Of a stretch of DNA of 63,978 nucleotides, positions 24,293 through 34,232 are shown piece by piece. Numbering within the stretch: the first letter of the stretch is position 1; every line of letters starts with the position of its first letter. The translations under genes and the position numbers were made by a program. The stretch lies in NCBI GenBank assembly GCA_947085655.1, contig CAMTXH010000016.1, forward strand, positions 1 to 63,978. The letters are read 5' to 3'. Origin of the DNA: an uncultured Omnitrophica bacterium (GTDB taxonomy: Bacteria > Omnitrophota > Gorgyraeia > JACQQV01). The notes under the pieces were generated by a model. The model was not told where the DNA came from, searched no databases, and worked only from the letters and a program-made list of their open reading frames with translations.

Positions 24293-25931
24293 GTCGTCTG
24301 TCCAACTGGGAGAGGAGGGGGCCTTGCCCGTACAGATCCAGAAGAAGATCGAGGCTTTCCCTTTCCCACATCCACATCCGCTCCTTCTTCGCCAATAGCC
24401 GAGCATTTTCGTGTATCCCGGCTAGCGGTGCCAAAACCATTTTTCGAATCGGTTTTTTCATTTCCCGGCACCGGTTGACGAAGGCGAGAATGTCCTCCTC
24501 GCTGACCTCCCGTTCGTAGAAGGAGGAGGCCCAAAGTCCCTTGTCCTTATTTCCCACAATCATCATCTCCCCTTCCTTGCCGTTGCAAAGCTGGAGCGTC
24601 GTAAACTTCGGCAGGCGATGACGCTTCTGTCCAATCTCAATTGTTTCTCCTTGAAAGGCATCAAAGAGCCCGAGGAGCCGCTCATGGAGTGTTTTCCGGG
24701 CTTGACTTTCAAAATGACTTAGGAGGACCTGGGTTTCATCCCGGAAACGGTCGCTCATTTCAGAGAGGGTTCCCGGAAGGATGTCCGACTTTTTTTCAAA
24801 GCAGCTTCTCAGCCAGAAAGCAAAAAGCCGGTCGGAAAATCGGTAGAAACCCCCGTTTTGAGAAATCACTCCAACTTCCTTCAACCGATTCATTTTCTTC
24901 GACAAATTTTTCGGCATCGGAAAGGACTTCCGGATTTCCTGGGTTGTCAGGGGACGCTGGGAAAGGACCCGAAGGATGGCAAGGGATTCTCCGGACGGGT
25001 CGAAAGCGAGGATTTGTTCGACGCGACGGGTGAAATATTGATTGAGAATTCCCTGTGCGTTAAAAAGGACCTTCTCCAAGGCGGGGATCACACTTTTGGC
25101 GGGATTGCGCAGATCCTCTTGATGAGTGTGACAGAGCGTCTGACCCAGTACATTCAAATAAAACGGGTGACCATCCGTCAGAAAAAAAAGAAAGTGACTG
25201 ACCGTGTCGCTGAGCGAGGTAAGCTGCCATCCCTCCCGGAGATAGTTGACCGCCGTTTTGGACTCGAAGGGACCGAGGGTAATGATTTCAAATTGTCCGA
25301 AGAGAAGCGAGAGCCGTTGCTTCAAAATTTTTTGGGCCGTTTGTATTTGAGAACTGGAGAGAAGGTACATCGTTTCCTTTTGAACCATGATTTGTCTCCC
25401 CAGCGCGACAAATGGCTCCTTCATTCCCAGATTCAGCAGGCGGTCAAATTCATCCAGAACAAGAAGGGTGTAATCACCCGTTTCCTTCCAAATTTTTGAG
25501 GGGAGTTCAAGAAGGGCAGCAAATATCCTGACGGATGGATATTTTGAGCGTCGTTTAAGGAGATCCTCAAGCCATGATGCGGTCTGAGGGGCTTTTGTTT
25601 TGAACGGCTCGATGGGAAAAGGATCTTTGACGGTGACTTCCATCCCCCATGACTTGAGGTAGGCATGGAGCGAAACGGCCAGAAAGTGGTCGCAGAATTC
25701 CTGGAAAGACTCGTTCCTCCGTAGTTCCAGGTAAATCACCGCTGTCCGGGGGTATTTCACCGACAGGATGAAATGCTGCAGGAGAGAGGATTTCCCGATC
25801 AGTTCAGGACCCAGAATGGCGATGTTCTGGCGGTACCCTTCCGAATGGGAAAGGGCACGTTTCGTCAAGAGCGCAAGGGTTTCCTCCCGGCCAAAGAAAT
25901 CTTTTTGGACGACCGGATCGGTAAACATCAT
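24285..25931 (-). CDS. Arch_ATPase-type P-loop NTPase with wHTH and DUF234-like C-terminal domain
   Basis: It has FFGREETLALL, Walker A GPELIGKSS and Walker B LLVLDEFD. An HTH-like segment (LAILRVLSQRPLTTQEIRK) follows. The C-terminal roughly 100 aa has a DUF234/PD-(D/E)xK-like layout, but the acidic and Lys residues are not evident. Confidence 0.65.
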   Translation of the reverse strand: MMFTDPVVQKDFFGREETLALLTKRALSHSEGYRQNIAILGPELIGKSSLLQHFILSVKYPRTAVIYLELRRNESFQEFCDHFLAVSLHAYLKSWGMEVTVKDPFPIEPFKTKAPQTASWLEDLLKRRSKYPSVRIFAALLELPSKIWKETGDYTLLVLDEFDRLLNLGMKEPFVALGRQIMVQKETMYLLSSSQIQTAQKILKQRLSLLFGQFEIITLGPFESKTAVNYLREGWQLTSLSDTVSHFLFFLTDGHPFYLNVLGQTLCHTHQEDLRNPAKSVIPALEKVLFNAQGILNQYFTRRVEQILAFDPSGESLAILRVLSQRPLTTQEIRKSFPMPKNLSKKMNRLKEVGVISQNGGFYRFSDRLFAFWLRSCFEKKSDILPGTLSEMSDRFRDETQVLLSHFESQARKTLHERLLGLFDAFQGETIEIGQKRHRLPKFTTLQLCNGKEGEMMIVGNKDKGLWASSFYEREVSEEDILAFVNRCREMKKPIRKMVLAPLAGIHENARLLAKKERMWMWERESLDLLLDLYGQGPLLSQLDRRHG

Positions 25932-25939
25932 CTAAACAA

Positions 25940-26848
25940 TCAGAACTGTGTAAAGGTTTTAAATTCGTTATAACGTTTCTGAATATCCGCTTTTTTCAGT
26001 CCAAGGAGGCGCTTCAATCCAAAGTCCTCGACCGCAAAAGAAGCCATGACGCTTCCGTAAATGATCGCCTTCCGGATCGAGGTATCATCCGTTTTCCCCT
26101 CCCTGGCGAGGTAACCGATGAACCCACCGGCAAAGGTATCCCCCGCCCCGGTCGGGTCTTTAATCGATTCGAGAAGATAGGCAGGGGTCGAAAAGACGAA
26201 ATTTTTTGTAAAAAAGAGGACCCCATGCTCCCCTTTTTTAATCAAGGCCATGCGGGGTCCCGATTGGATGAGTTCCTTTCCCGCAGCGGCGAGGTTTGTA
26301 TTTTCGGTGAGGGCGCGCGCCTCCTGGTCGTTCAATAAAACCAAATCCACTTTTTTGAGCAGTTGAAGCAGCGACTTTTTTTTCTTCTTAATCCAGAATT
26401 CCATCGAATCCAGAGCGACAAATTGCGGCTTGTTTAGCTGATCCAAAACCGAGAGTTGCAGATCCGGGTCAATATTGGCCAGAAAGAGAAAGCCATGGTC
26501 CCGGTAGGCAGAGGGAATTTTCGGATTAAATTGCTCAAAGACGTTCAATTCGGTGGACAGAGTATAGGCCACATTTAAATCGTAGCCGTAGCGTCCGCGC
26601 CATCTGAAGCTCTTCCCTTTTTGAAAATCAAGACCCGTGAGATCGATGTTTCGCTCTTTAAGAAGATCCAAATACGCTTTCGGAAAATCACTTCCCACCA
26701 CACCCACAAGACTGACCGGAATGAAAAAACTTGCCGCGACGGAAGAGTAAACGGCCGAACCGCCCAAGGCATCATCATGTGACCCGAACGGTGTCTCCAC
26801 TGAGTCAAGTGCGATTGAACCGACAACCAAAACTTTGCTCATAGACAC
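25940..26848 (-). CDS. PfkB-family carbohydrate/nucleoside kinase
   Basis: The N-terminus is VVGSIALDSV...LGGSAVY and the C-terminal PfkB signature is DPTGAGDTFAGGF. Confidence 0.85.
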   Translation of the reverse strand: MSMSKVLVVGSIALDSVETPFGSHDDALGGSAVYSSVAASFFIPVSLVGVVGSDFPKAYLDLLKERNIDLTGLDFQKGKSFRWRGRYGYDLNVAYTLSTELNVFEQFNPKIPSAYRDHGFLFLANIDPDLQLSVLDQLNKPQFVALDSMEFWIKKKKKSLLQLLKKVDLVLLNDQEARALTENTNLAAAGKELIQSGPRMALIKKGEHGVLFFTKNFVFSTPAYLLESIKDPTGAGDTFAGGFIGYLAREGKTDDTSIRKAIIYGSVMASFAVEDFGLKRLLGLKKADIQKRYNEFKTFTQF

Positions 26849-27502
26849 CTACCGTTTTTTATTGGAGGGTGCTAACGAAAAACTTTCCAGAAAAAGCGTC
26901 AATTGCTTTGTCGCCTCGTAAACGTTTTCCTGGGCGACCACAGCCCGGACAACGGCCAAACCGTCCGCCCCCGCTTCCAAGACTTGGGCTGCATTTGACA
27001 GGTCGATGCCCCCGATCGCAACGAACGGAATGGAAAGATGATTTCGAACCTCCTTGACGAGCGAAATTCCCACAGGGGGATAATCCGGCTTTGTCGGGGT
27101 TTTGAAAATAGGTCCGACACCGATGTAATCGGCTCCTTCTTGCTCCGCCCGCCTCGCCTGCTCAAGATTATGCGTTGACACACCCAAAAGTTTCTTCCCG
27201 ATTCGCCCCCTTGCCTCCCGGACCGGGATATCCTCCTGGCCGATATGGATGCCGTCGGCCCCGATCGCTTCGGCTACCTCAATCCTTTCATTCACGATCA
27301 AAAGGGCACCGAATTGGTCGCACACCCCGCGGATGGCTTTTCCCTCTGCAATCAGTTCCGAATCCGCTTTTTCCTTGTCCCGGAGTTGCACAATAGAAGC
27401 CCCTCCCCGCACCGCCTCGCTCAAGACCTTCAGATGGCTTCTGAACCGTTGGGCCCTGGGATCGGTGATGACATAAAGCGACCGTTTTTTAAAGGCGTCC
27501 AT
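26849..27502 (-). CDS. thiE: thiamine-phosphate synthase
   Basis: Motifs LYVITD, VQLRDK, GIHIGQED and VAIGGI. Confidence 0.9.
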   Translation of the reverse strand: MDAFKKRSLYVITDPRAQRFRSHLKVLSEAVRGGASIVQLRDKEKADSELIAEGKAIRGVCDQFGALLIVNERIEVAEAIGADGIHIGQEDIPVREARGRIGKKLLGVSTHNLEQARRAEQEGADYIGVGPIFKTPTKPDYPPVGISLVKEVRNHLSIPFVAIGGIDLSNAAQVLEAGADGLAVVRAVVAQENVYEATKQLTLFLESFSLAPSNKKR

Positions 27503-27956
27503 GTTTTTTAAGAATGCGGGTTGTGGAATATCCCTTGACGGTCGGAAAAAGATAAACGCGACCGCCGTAGGATTTCACAAAATCGCCCCCCGCAATCTCC
27601 TTTCTTTTCCAGTCCCCCCCTTTGACCAGGACGTGGGGCCGGATCCTGCGAATCAGATTCTCGGGAGTCTGTTCCGAGAATAAAATTACGTGATCAACCG
27701 CCTTGAGCCCGGATAGAACTTCCGCCCGTGCCCGTTCCGGAAGGAGGGGACGGCCCGGACCCTTTAATTGGCGGACGGAGCGGTCGCTATTTAATCCGAC
27801 AATCAGAACGTCTCCCAGTCGCTTCGCCTTTTCCAGAAGCCGAATATGACCGATGTGGAGGATGTCAAAACAGCCGTTCGTGAAGACAATCCGCTTCCGA
27901 GAAGTACGAATGGTCTTTAAAAGGGCCGGGAGTGTTTTCAGCGTTTGGACCGCCAT
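27489..27956 (-). CDS. D-glycero-beta-D-manno-heptose-1-phosphate adenylyltransferase (RfaE domain II type)
   Basis: The cytidylyltransferase motif is FTNGCFDILHIGHIRLLEKAK, followed by VGLNSD. The protein is 155 aa. Confidence 0.85.
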   Translation of the reverse strand: MAVQTLKTLPALLKTIRTSRKRIVFTNGCFDILHIGHIRLLEKAKRLGDVLIVGLNSDRSVRQLKGPGRPLLPERARAEVLSGLKAVDHVILFSEQTPENLIRRIRPHVLVKGGDWKRKEIAGGDFVKSYGGRVYLFPTVKGYSTTRILKKHGRL

Positions 27957-28579
27957 CTGCCGTAGAGACTTTCTTCCACCAATTCACAGACGGCGTGGCC
28001 AATGGTGATGTGGGATTCCTGAATCCGCTGCGTATTTTTGGATGGGACCGAAATGCAAAGATGGACAAGACGTTTTAGTCTTCCTCCTCCCGCCCCCGTC
28101 AGTCCGATCGTATAAAGTCGTTTTTTCCTGGCCACCCGTGTTGCCTCAATCACGTTGGGCGAATTTCCGCTGGTGGAAAGACCGATGGCGATGTCGCCGG
28201 GCGAGGCAAATCCCTCCAGTTGCCTTGCGAAGGAGTGGAGATAACCGTAATCGTTTGAAATAGCCGTTAAGGACGCTGGATTTTCAGACAGACTGATCGC
28301 CGGAAGCGAAGGGCGTTTCAGGTGATGTCCGAATCTTCCCAAAAATTCACCGGCGAGATGCAGACTGTCCGAGGCGCTCCCCCCGTTTCCATAGAGAATG
28401 ACCTTTTTCCCCCGCCGGAACGCCTCCACGATTTTTTCAGCCGCCTTCAACATCTGGTTGATCAAGGGTTCGGAAAGAAGGCCCTCCTTTGTCCGGATCG
28501 AGTCCAGAAGAAGAGATTCCAGAAGGTTCCGGGGACTTCTTAGGCGGTCCTTAACCGAAGAAGACTTTCGCGATTTCAT
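27938..28579 (-). CDS. gmhA: phosphoheptose isomerase (SIS domain)
   Basis: Motifs GNGGSASDSLHLAGEF, ISTSGNSPNV and GLTG..GG.L. Confidence 0.85.
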   Translation of the reverse strand: MKSRKSSSVKDRLRSPRNLLESLLLDSIRTKEGLLSEPLINQMLKAAEKIVEAFRRGKKVILYGNGGSASDSLHLAGEFLGRFGHHLKRPSLPAISLSENPASLTAISNDYGYLHSFARQLEGFASPGDIAIGLSTSGNSPNVIEATRVARKKRLYTIGLTGAGGGRLKRLVHLCISVPSKNTQRIQESHITIGHAVCELVEESLYGRWRSKR

Positions 28580-29582
28580 AGAATGACGACTCCACTTCCT
28601 TCAGTTTGCCGACCCCCTCGTTCATCGGAATGGTTACAATTTGATTCCCGTGAAGACTGACCATCTGGCCGAACTTCTTTTGGCAGACCGCCTCGACCGC
28701 CGCAATTCCGAAACGGGTTCCCAATACCCGGTCAAAAGCGGTGGGAGTTCCGCCCCGCTGGACATGCCCCAGCACCGTGACCCTTGTTTCAAAACCGGTC
28801 ATCTCCTCAATTTTTTCACCCAGGATGTGACCGATACCGCCGAGGCGAACGTGACCAAATTCGTCGAGTTTGGTCTTCTGAGCGACCACGTCCCCTTTTT
28901 TGAATTTGGCCCCTTCGGCCACCACCACAATACTGAACCCCTTGCCGCCGCTGTGCCGCTTTTTTAAAAGGTTACAGACCCATTCCAAATCGATTTCCTG
29001 TTCCGGAATCAGGACCACATCCGCCCCACCCGCAATGCCGGCGTAGACCGCGATCCATCCGGCATGGCGGCCCATCGTCTCCACGACCATGACGCGGTTG
29101 TGGCTCTCCGCCGTTGTATGAAGGCGGTCGATCGCCTCCATGGCGATATTGACGGCGGTATCGAATCCAAAGGTGAAATCGGTACCGGAGAGATCATTGT
29201 CAATCGTCTTTGGAATTCCGACGATATTAAGCCCTTTTCTGGAAAATTTAGCGGCGACACCCAGCGTATCCTCCCCGCCGATGGTCACCAGCGCCTTCAA
29301 CCCAAGACGCTTATAGTTTTCGACGACCCGGGTCGCCTGTTTCTCATCCTTGAAGGGATTGGTACGGGAGGTGCCGAGGATGGTCCCCCCCTTCGGCAAA
29401 ATACCCGAAACCGATTCATGATCCATCGGGAGGGTGTCTGTTTCAATCAAACCCTTCCAGCCGTTTCGAATGCCGATGACCTCCATCTTTTCCAACAAGG
29501 CCTTCCGAACCACTGCTCGGATGACTGAATTCAGCCCTGGGCAATCGCCCCCACCCGTCAGGACTCCGATTCTCTCTCCCAT
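28551..29582 (-). CDS. pfkA: 6-phosphofructokinase
   Basis: Motifs IGVLTGGGDCPGLN, IGGEDTL, PKTIDNDL and ETMGRHAGW. Confidence 0.95.
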   Translation of the reverse strand: MGERIGVLTGGGDCPGLNSVIRAVVRKALLEKMEVIGIRNGWKGLIETDTLPMDHESVSGILPKGGTILGTSRTNPFKDEKQATRVVENYKRLGLKALVTIGGEDTLGVAAKFSRKGLNIVGIPKTIDNDLSGTDFTFGFDTAVNIAMEAIDRLHTTAESHNRVMVVETMGRHAGWIAVYAGIAGGADVVLIPEQEIDLEWVCNLLKKRHSGGKGFSIVVVAEGAKFKKGDVVAQKTKLDEFGHVRLGGIGHILGEKIEEMTGFETRVTVLGHVQRGGTPTAFDRVLGTRFGIAAVEAVCQKKFGQMVSLHGNQIVTIPMNEGVGKLKEVESSFYEIAKVFFG

Positions 29583-29584
29583 GC

Positions 29585-30151
29585 CTAAACGACCCTTTCC
29601 TCAACCGCCTCTTTTTGTCCTGTCCGCTGGACAATCTTTCCAACATGGACCCGGACCGTGATCTGCTCTTCCACCCCCAACAATTCGTGAATATGATTTC
29701 GGATGATGCTTTGAAGTCCCTCCGTGATTTCGGGAATTTGGCTGTCCGACCAAAGAACCGCCTGAACCGTCACGAGGATGCCGGAACGTCCTGCCGTCAC
29801 AGAGGGTTTCAGTTCTTTGACCCCATTCAGTTCTTGGCCGATCTTTTTAACGAAATCATTAATCGTCTCGAGGGAAACCGTCACTTCACCGTCTGGATTA
29901 TGAAACGCGATGGTCTTCTGCCGCCGGAGGCTCTGCATCAAGGTCTGAAGGAGAGCGACCGTCAGAACCAAGAGGGTTCCTCCGATCGCACCCAGAAGAA
30001 GTCGTGTTTGTGGAGCCGTTTCAATCCATGCCATCTGCGCATGAAGGATTTCCGGCGTCACCAAATTGAGCGAAAGTGCAAGAAGTAAGACGCCCGAGAG
30101 AAGGATCGTGCAAAACCCCAAAATGGAAAGAAAGAAATTCAGAAACCGCAT
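29585..30151 (-). CDS. membrane protein, AmaP-like (alkaline-shock membrane anchor type)
   Basis: Two N-terminal TM helices precede a soluble tail, and the gene sits just after accC, as in many Asp23/AmaP loci. The call is weak and based on architecture only. Confidence 0.3.
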   Translation of the reverse strand: MRFLNFFLSILGFCTILLSGVLLLALSLNLVTPEILHAQMAWIETAPQTRLLLGAIGGTLLVLTVALLQTLMQSLRRQKTIAFHNPDGEVTVSLETINDFVKKIGQELNGVKELKPSVTAGRSGILVTVQAVLWSDSQIPEITEGLQSIIRNHIHELLGVEEQITVRVHVGKIVQRTGQKEAVEERVV

Positions 30152-31530
30152 CAGGCACCTTTTGCCTCGGAGACTTTCTCCTTCCCCGTCCCCATCAGTT
30201 TTTCCACGAAATCGGTGTAAAATTCGCCCCGAATAAACGCGGGGTGCCGGAGCACCCTTTGATGAAAGAGGATGGTTGTCTTTGTCGGCTCAATGACAAA
30301 CTCATCCAACGCCCGTCTCATGACCTCAATCGCCTCTTTGCGGTCGGAACCGTAGGCAATCAATTTCCCAATCATGGAGTCATAATAAGGGGTAATTTCG
30401 TAACCGGCATAGGCATGGGAATCCAGCCGGATATTCGGTCCGCCCGGGGGATGATAAAAGGTGATTTTTCCGGGTGAAGGAAGAAAACCGTTTTCCGAAT
30501 CTTCCGCATTGATCCGGCATTCAATCGCTGCCCCGCGGATCCGGACGTCATCCTGTGAAAAAGAGAGCTTCCCTCCTGCCGCAATCCGAATCTGCTCCTT
30601 GACAAGGTCGATTCCCGTCACTATCTCGGTCACCGGATGTTCCACCTGCAGACGGGTATTCATTTCCATAAAATAAAAATTTCCCTGTTCATCCAGCAGG
30701 AACTCCATGGTTCCCGCGTTCACATACCCAACTATTTTAGCCCCGCGAACAGCAAGATCCCCCATTTTTTTCCGGAGTTTCGCATCCAGAGAGTGGGAAG
30801 GGGCTTCTTCGATCAGTTTTTGGTGCCGCCTCTGAATCGTACAATCCCTTTCACCGAGATGAACGACATGACCGTATCGGTCGCCCAACACTTGAAATTC
30901 GATATGTCTCGGTTTTTCGATATATTTTTCGATGAAAACATCCGCCCGTCCGAAAGCGGCTTCCGCCTCTGCCTGGCAGGCGGAAAGAGCGCTCACGAGC
31001 CGGACGTCGTTATGGGCGACCCGCATTCCCTTGCCGCCTCCTCCCCCCGCCGCCTTGATGATGACGGGATATTTGATCCGCCGGGCGGTGTTGAGTGCCT
31101 CATCCTTGTGTTTGATCGGATGAATACTTCCGGGAAGGATCGGAAGTCCCGCCTTCCGCATCACCTCCTTTGCCTCGAGCTTATCCCCCATGAGGCGGGT
31201 CACTTCCGGCGTCGGCCCGATGAATTTAATCCGGCACGACTCGCACACCTCCGCAAAATGGGCATTTTCCGAGAGGAATCCGTAACCGGGATGAATCGCC
31301 TCAACATCCGTAATTTCGGCCGCACTGATGATGCTGGGAATGTTCAGGTAGCTTTGTTGACTGCGAGGCCCGCCGATGCAGATCGCTTCATCCGCCAGTC
31401 GTACATGCAGGGAGTCGGCATCCGCTTCGGAATAGACCGCCACGGTCCGGATCCCCATTTCCTTGCAAGCCCGGATGATCCGAAGCGCCACTTCCCCGCG
31501 GTTGGCAACCAGAATTTTTGAAAACATCAC
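30151..31530 (-). CDS. accC: acetyl-CoA carboxylase, biotin carboxylase subunit
   Basis: Motifs [26 protein letters not shown] and [14 protein letters not shown]. Confidence 0.97.
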   Translation of the reverse strand: MMFSKILVANRGEVALRIIRACKEMGIRTVAVYSEADADSLHVRLADEAICIGGPRSQQSYLNIPSIISAAEITDVEAIHPGYGFLSENAHFAEVCESCRIKFIGPTPEVTRLMGDKLEAKEVMRKAGLPILPGSIHPIKHKDEALNTARRIKYPVIIKAAGGGGGKGMRVAHNDVRLVSALSACQAEAEAAFGRADVFIEKYIEKPRHIEFQVLGDRYGHVVHLGERDCTIQRRHQKLIEEAPSHSLDAKLRKKMGDLAVRGAKIVGYVNAGTMEFLLDEQGNFYFMEMNTRLQVEHPVTEIVTGIDLVKEQIRIAAGGKLSFSQDDVRIRGAAIECRINAEDSENGFLPSPGKITFYHPPGGPNIRLDSHAYAGYEITPYYDSMIGKLIAYGSDRKEAIEVMRRALDEFVIEPTKTTILFHQRVLRHPAFIRGEFYTDFVEKLMGTGKEKVSEAKGA

Positions 31531-31982
31531 AACGGTTCAATAAGAAAAAGAACGGTGCCAAATTCAACCGGATCTCCGTTTTCCACAAGAATGTCGCTGA
31601 CGGTTCCGTTCACCTCTGACTTGATCTCATTCATGAGTTTCATCGCTTCGATAATGCAGACGACCTGTCCCGCTTCAATTTTTGACCCTTTTTCCACGAA
31701 AGGCGGCGCATCCGGGGCGGGCGCGCGGTAGAAGGTCCCGACGATCGGCGATTTAATCTCAACTCCTTTGACAACTTCCTTTGAAGGGATTCCTCTGAGT
31801 GCCGGAGAGCCCGCCTCTTGAAGGGGAACGGCAGAAGCTGTCATTCTTTCGACGCCCCCCTCAATCGCTCCCCCCACCCCCTTTTTCAGACGTATCCGAA
31901 GTCCGTCCCTTTCCATTTCAAACTCGGTGAGGGCATTTTCATTCATCAAATTTATGAGTTCCTTAATCTCTTTGATGTTCAC
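31527..31982 (-). CDS. accB: biotin carboxyl carrier protein
   Basis: The biotinylation motif [10 protein letters not shown] is present, and the gene overlaps accC by 4 nt. Confidence 0.95.
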   Translation of the reverse strand: MNIKEIKELINLMNENALTEFEMERDGLRIRLKKGVGGAIEGGVERMTASAVPLQEAGSPALRGIPSKEVVKGVEIKSPIVGTFYRAPAPDAPPFVEKGSKIEAGQVVCIIEAMKLMNEIKSEVNGTVSDILVENGDPVEFGTVLFLIEPL

Positions 31983-32002
31983 CCTTTGCCCCTCCTCTCG
32001 GC

Positions 32003-32560
32003 TTAGACGCGGCTGACATACGTTCCGGTGCGGGTGTCGACCTTCACGATATCTCCCTGCTTGACAAAAAGGGGGACCTGTATTGCTGCTCCTGTTTCAA
32101 GCCGGGCCAGTTTGGTTCCCCCCTTGGCCGTATCCCCCCGAAGGCCCGGATCCGCCTCCGTCACCTTCAATTCCACAAACATCGGAGGCCGGACAGCCAA
32201 GATCTCTCCTCCATGCTCCAAGAGGGTCACGATCATCCCTTCCTTCATGTAGTCCGCCGTGCCCCCCATCCGGTCCTTGTCGATCGCCAGTTGGTCGTAG
32301 GTGCTGGTGTCCATGAAATGAAAAATGTCCCCCGCCTGATAAAGGTATTGAACCTTCCGCTCTTCAACATACGCCTCCTCGATTTTTTCTCCCGAGCGGA
32401 ACGTCCGGTCAATCACCGTCCCTAACCGCATATTTCTCAATTTGAGCCGGACAAAAGCGGCTCCCTTCCCCGGTTTGACCTGTTGGGCATCCGTAATGAG
32501 AAAAACGGTTCCGTCGACTTTGATGGTGAGGCCTGTTTTCAGGTCGTTGATGTCAAGCAT
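32003..32560 (-). CDS. efp: elongation factor P
   Basis: Motifs [16 protein letters not shown] and the C-terminus [12 protein letters not shown]. Confidence 0.97.
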   Translation of the reverse strand: MLDINDLKTGLTIKVDGTVFLITDAQQVKPGKGAAFVRLKLRNMRLGTVIDRTFRSGEKIEEAYVEERKVQYLYQAGDIFHFMDTSTYDQLAIDKDRMGGTADYMKEGMIVTLLEHGGEILAVRPPMFVELKVTEADPGLRGDTAKGGTKLARLETGAAIQVPLFVKQGDIVKVDTRTGTYVSRV

Positions 32561-32586
32561 GGGTGACCGTAATTATCTTAACTATT

Positions 32587-33042
32587 TTATCGGACGTGGG
32601 TAATGGCTGTCAAGCAGGCCAGAAGACCGAGCCGGTAACTTTCGGAACCGAACCCCGAAACCTGCCCAACACAGACCGGCGCAATGAGTGAATGCTGACG
32701 GAATTCCTCCCGGGCATAGATGTTGGAGAGGTGAATTTCAATGACCGGCAGGCCGCAGCTTTCCACCGCATCCCGGATCGCGACACTGGTATGGGTGTAA
32801 GCGGCCGGGTTGATTAAGATCGCATCGTATTTCTTTTTCGCCTCTCCGATCAAATCGACGATTTCTCCTTCGTGGTTGGACTGTTTGACGGTCAGCTCCG
32901 CGCCGGCGGAGCGGGCCGTTTTTTGCATTATCTCGTTGATTTCCTTCAGCGTCTTTTCGCCGTAGATTTCGCGCCTCCGCTCCCCCAAACGGTCGAGATT
33001 CGGGCCGTGGATCACGAGAATTTTCTTAGTTTCTTTTCCCAC
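32587..33042 (-). CDS. aroQ: type II 3-dehydroquinate dehydratase
   Basis: Motifs ILVIHGPNLDRLG.R...YG, QSNHEGEIVD, INPAAYTHTSVA and EIHLSNI. The start is a GTG at 33042. Confidence 0.95.
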   Translation of the reverse strand: MGKETKKILVIHGPNLDRLGERRREIYGEKTLKEINEIMQKTARSAGAELTVKQSNHEGEIVDLIGEAKKKYDAILINPAAYTHTSVAIRDAVESCGLPVIEIHLSNIYAREEFRQHSLIAPVCVGQVSGFGSESYRLGLLACLTAITHVR

Positions 33043-33205
33043 CTGCCTCCCCTCCCTCTGCTTCTTCGATCAGCATCACCGGAATGCCGTCTCGAATCGG
33101 GTACCGCCTTTTGCACCGGGTGCAGACGATCTTGTCCTTTTCGAGGGTCACGGGTGTCTTGCAAAGCGGACAGGCGAGAATCTGTAAAAGCTCCTTATCG
33201 ATCAT
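33026..33205 (-). CDS. Trm112/UPF0434 (YcaR-like) zinc-ribbon protein, 59 aa
   Basis: My own translation is MIDKELLQILACPLCKTPVTLEKDKIVCTRCKRRYPIRDGIPVMLIEEAEGGEAGGKRN. The family motifs are LLxILxCPxC and YPIxDGIPVML. It is missed by the 60-aa ORF cutoff. Confidence 0.85.
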   Translation of the reverse strand: MIDKELLQILACPLCKTPVTLEKDKIVCTRCKRRYPIRDGIPVMLIEEAEGGEAGGKRN

Positions 33206-33212
33206 TTTTCCC

Positions 33213-34187
33213 TCACGGTTCTAACGGTTTAGCTTCTTTCAGTTCCCGAATGGGGAGTTGACGCCACCCATGGAAAAGATAGTAAACCCCCCCGACCAAA
33301 CTCTGAATAGCCAAGATCGCAAGCCACAGAACGGAGAGGGCGAGGGCACTGCTTTTTCCGATGCTCCCTCCCAAAAAATAGACAAAGGCCCCCTCCCGAA
33401 TGCCGAGTCCGTTTAACGAGGGAAGCATGGAAACGGCGATGATCAAGGGGAAGACCACCAAAAGTTTTACAAAAGACTCGGAAGCGGAAAGACTCTGTAT
33501 CAAAATGAAAACAGAACTGACAGCGGTCACGTGAACGATCAACGAAATGCCCAGCGCTTTGTATAAAGTCTTTCTGTTCTGATTCAATCCTTTTAAGAAC
33601 CGGTAGACCTCTTCGATTCTATGCTCCCAACCGCATTTCCGGAACGGAAAAAAAATGAATCTCAACCCCTTTGCGATCCGGTCGCTGAAGAGAAAAAGAA
33701 GACTCAAAACCGAAACGGCAAATAAAACTCCGATGGACGACTTGATGCGGATGCTCAACTCCTTCCAAAGCACAAACACCCCGAAAATGGCGGTAAAAAT
33801 TAGGGTGAAAAGACCCACAAAACGGTCGCCCAAAACGCATCCGACGGAGGCGAGCTTTTTGCGGCTTTTTCTGTAAGCATAATAGGCCTTCGGCAGGTCT
33901 CCCCCTACCGACGTGGGAAGAAAATTGTTGAAAAAAATTCCAAGAAAGGAGAGTTCGACGACTTCCAGAAATGAAAACAAAAGCCCCTGGGCCTTAAAAA
34001 TCAGTTTGAGGCGGAAGGAGGCCAGAAAAACAGCAAGGATCTGAAGAAAAATACTGATGGCAAAATAAAGGGGGCGGGTATCCCTCAACACCTGAATCAT
34101 GGCCGGCATTTCATGTCTAAAGGTGAAATACAATAAAGCAATGAAGAAAAGACTGACAAAAATCTTTAAGAATCCGCTCTTTTTCAT
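33213..34187 (-). CDS. flippase-like membrane protein (lysylphosphatidylglycerol-synthase TM-region/UPF0104 family)
   Basis: 324 aa with about 8 TM helices. Motifs FFNNFLPTSVGGDLPKAYY and LPSLNGLGIREGAF are typical of this family. Confidence 0.6.
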   Translation of the reverse strand: MKKSGFLKIFVSLFFIALLYFTFRHEMPAMIQVLRDTRPLYFAISIFLQILAVFLASFRLKLIFKAQGLLFSFLEVVELSFLGIFFNNFLPTSVGGDLPKAYYAYRKSRKKLASVGCVLGDRFVGLFTLIFTAIFGVFVLWKELSIRIKSSIGVLFAVSVLSLLFLFSDRIAKGLRFIFFPFRKCGWEHRIEEVYRFLKGLNQNRKTLYKALGISLIVHVTAVSSVFILIQSLSASESFVKLLVVFPLIIAVSMLPSLNGLGIREGAFVYFLGGSIGKSSALALSVLWLAILAIQSLVGGVYYLFHGWRQLPIRELKEAKPLEP

Positions 34188-34232
34188 GGGGTTTTTTTAG
34201 AATATCATAAAATGTTCACAAAGTAAAGCGTT

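Noticed and set aside
25940-26848. PfkB kinase as the split kinase half (HldA) of the heptose pathway, next to gmhA and the RfaE-II-like gene.
   Set aside because: The N-terminus (VVGSIALDSV..FGSHDDALGGSAVY) does not resemble the HldE domain I signature (GD.MLD.Y..G...RISPEAPVPV). thiE intervenes. It is a generic PfkB sugar/nucleoside kinase.
26849-27520. TPP riboswitch ahead of thiE, and B12 riboswitch ahead of the methylmalonyl-CoA mutase genes (13201-13330).
   Set aside because: Both genes start inside, or immediately after, the upstream coding sequence, so there is no leader long enough for a riboswitch.
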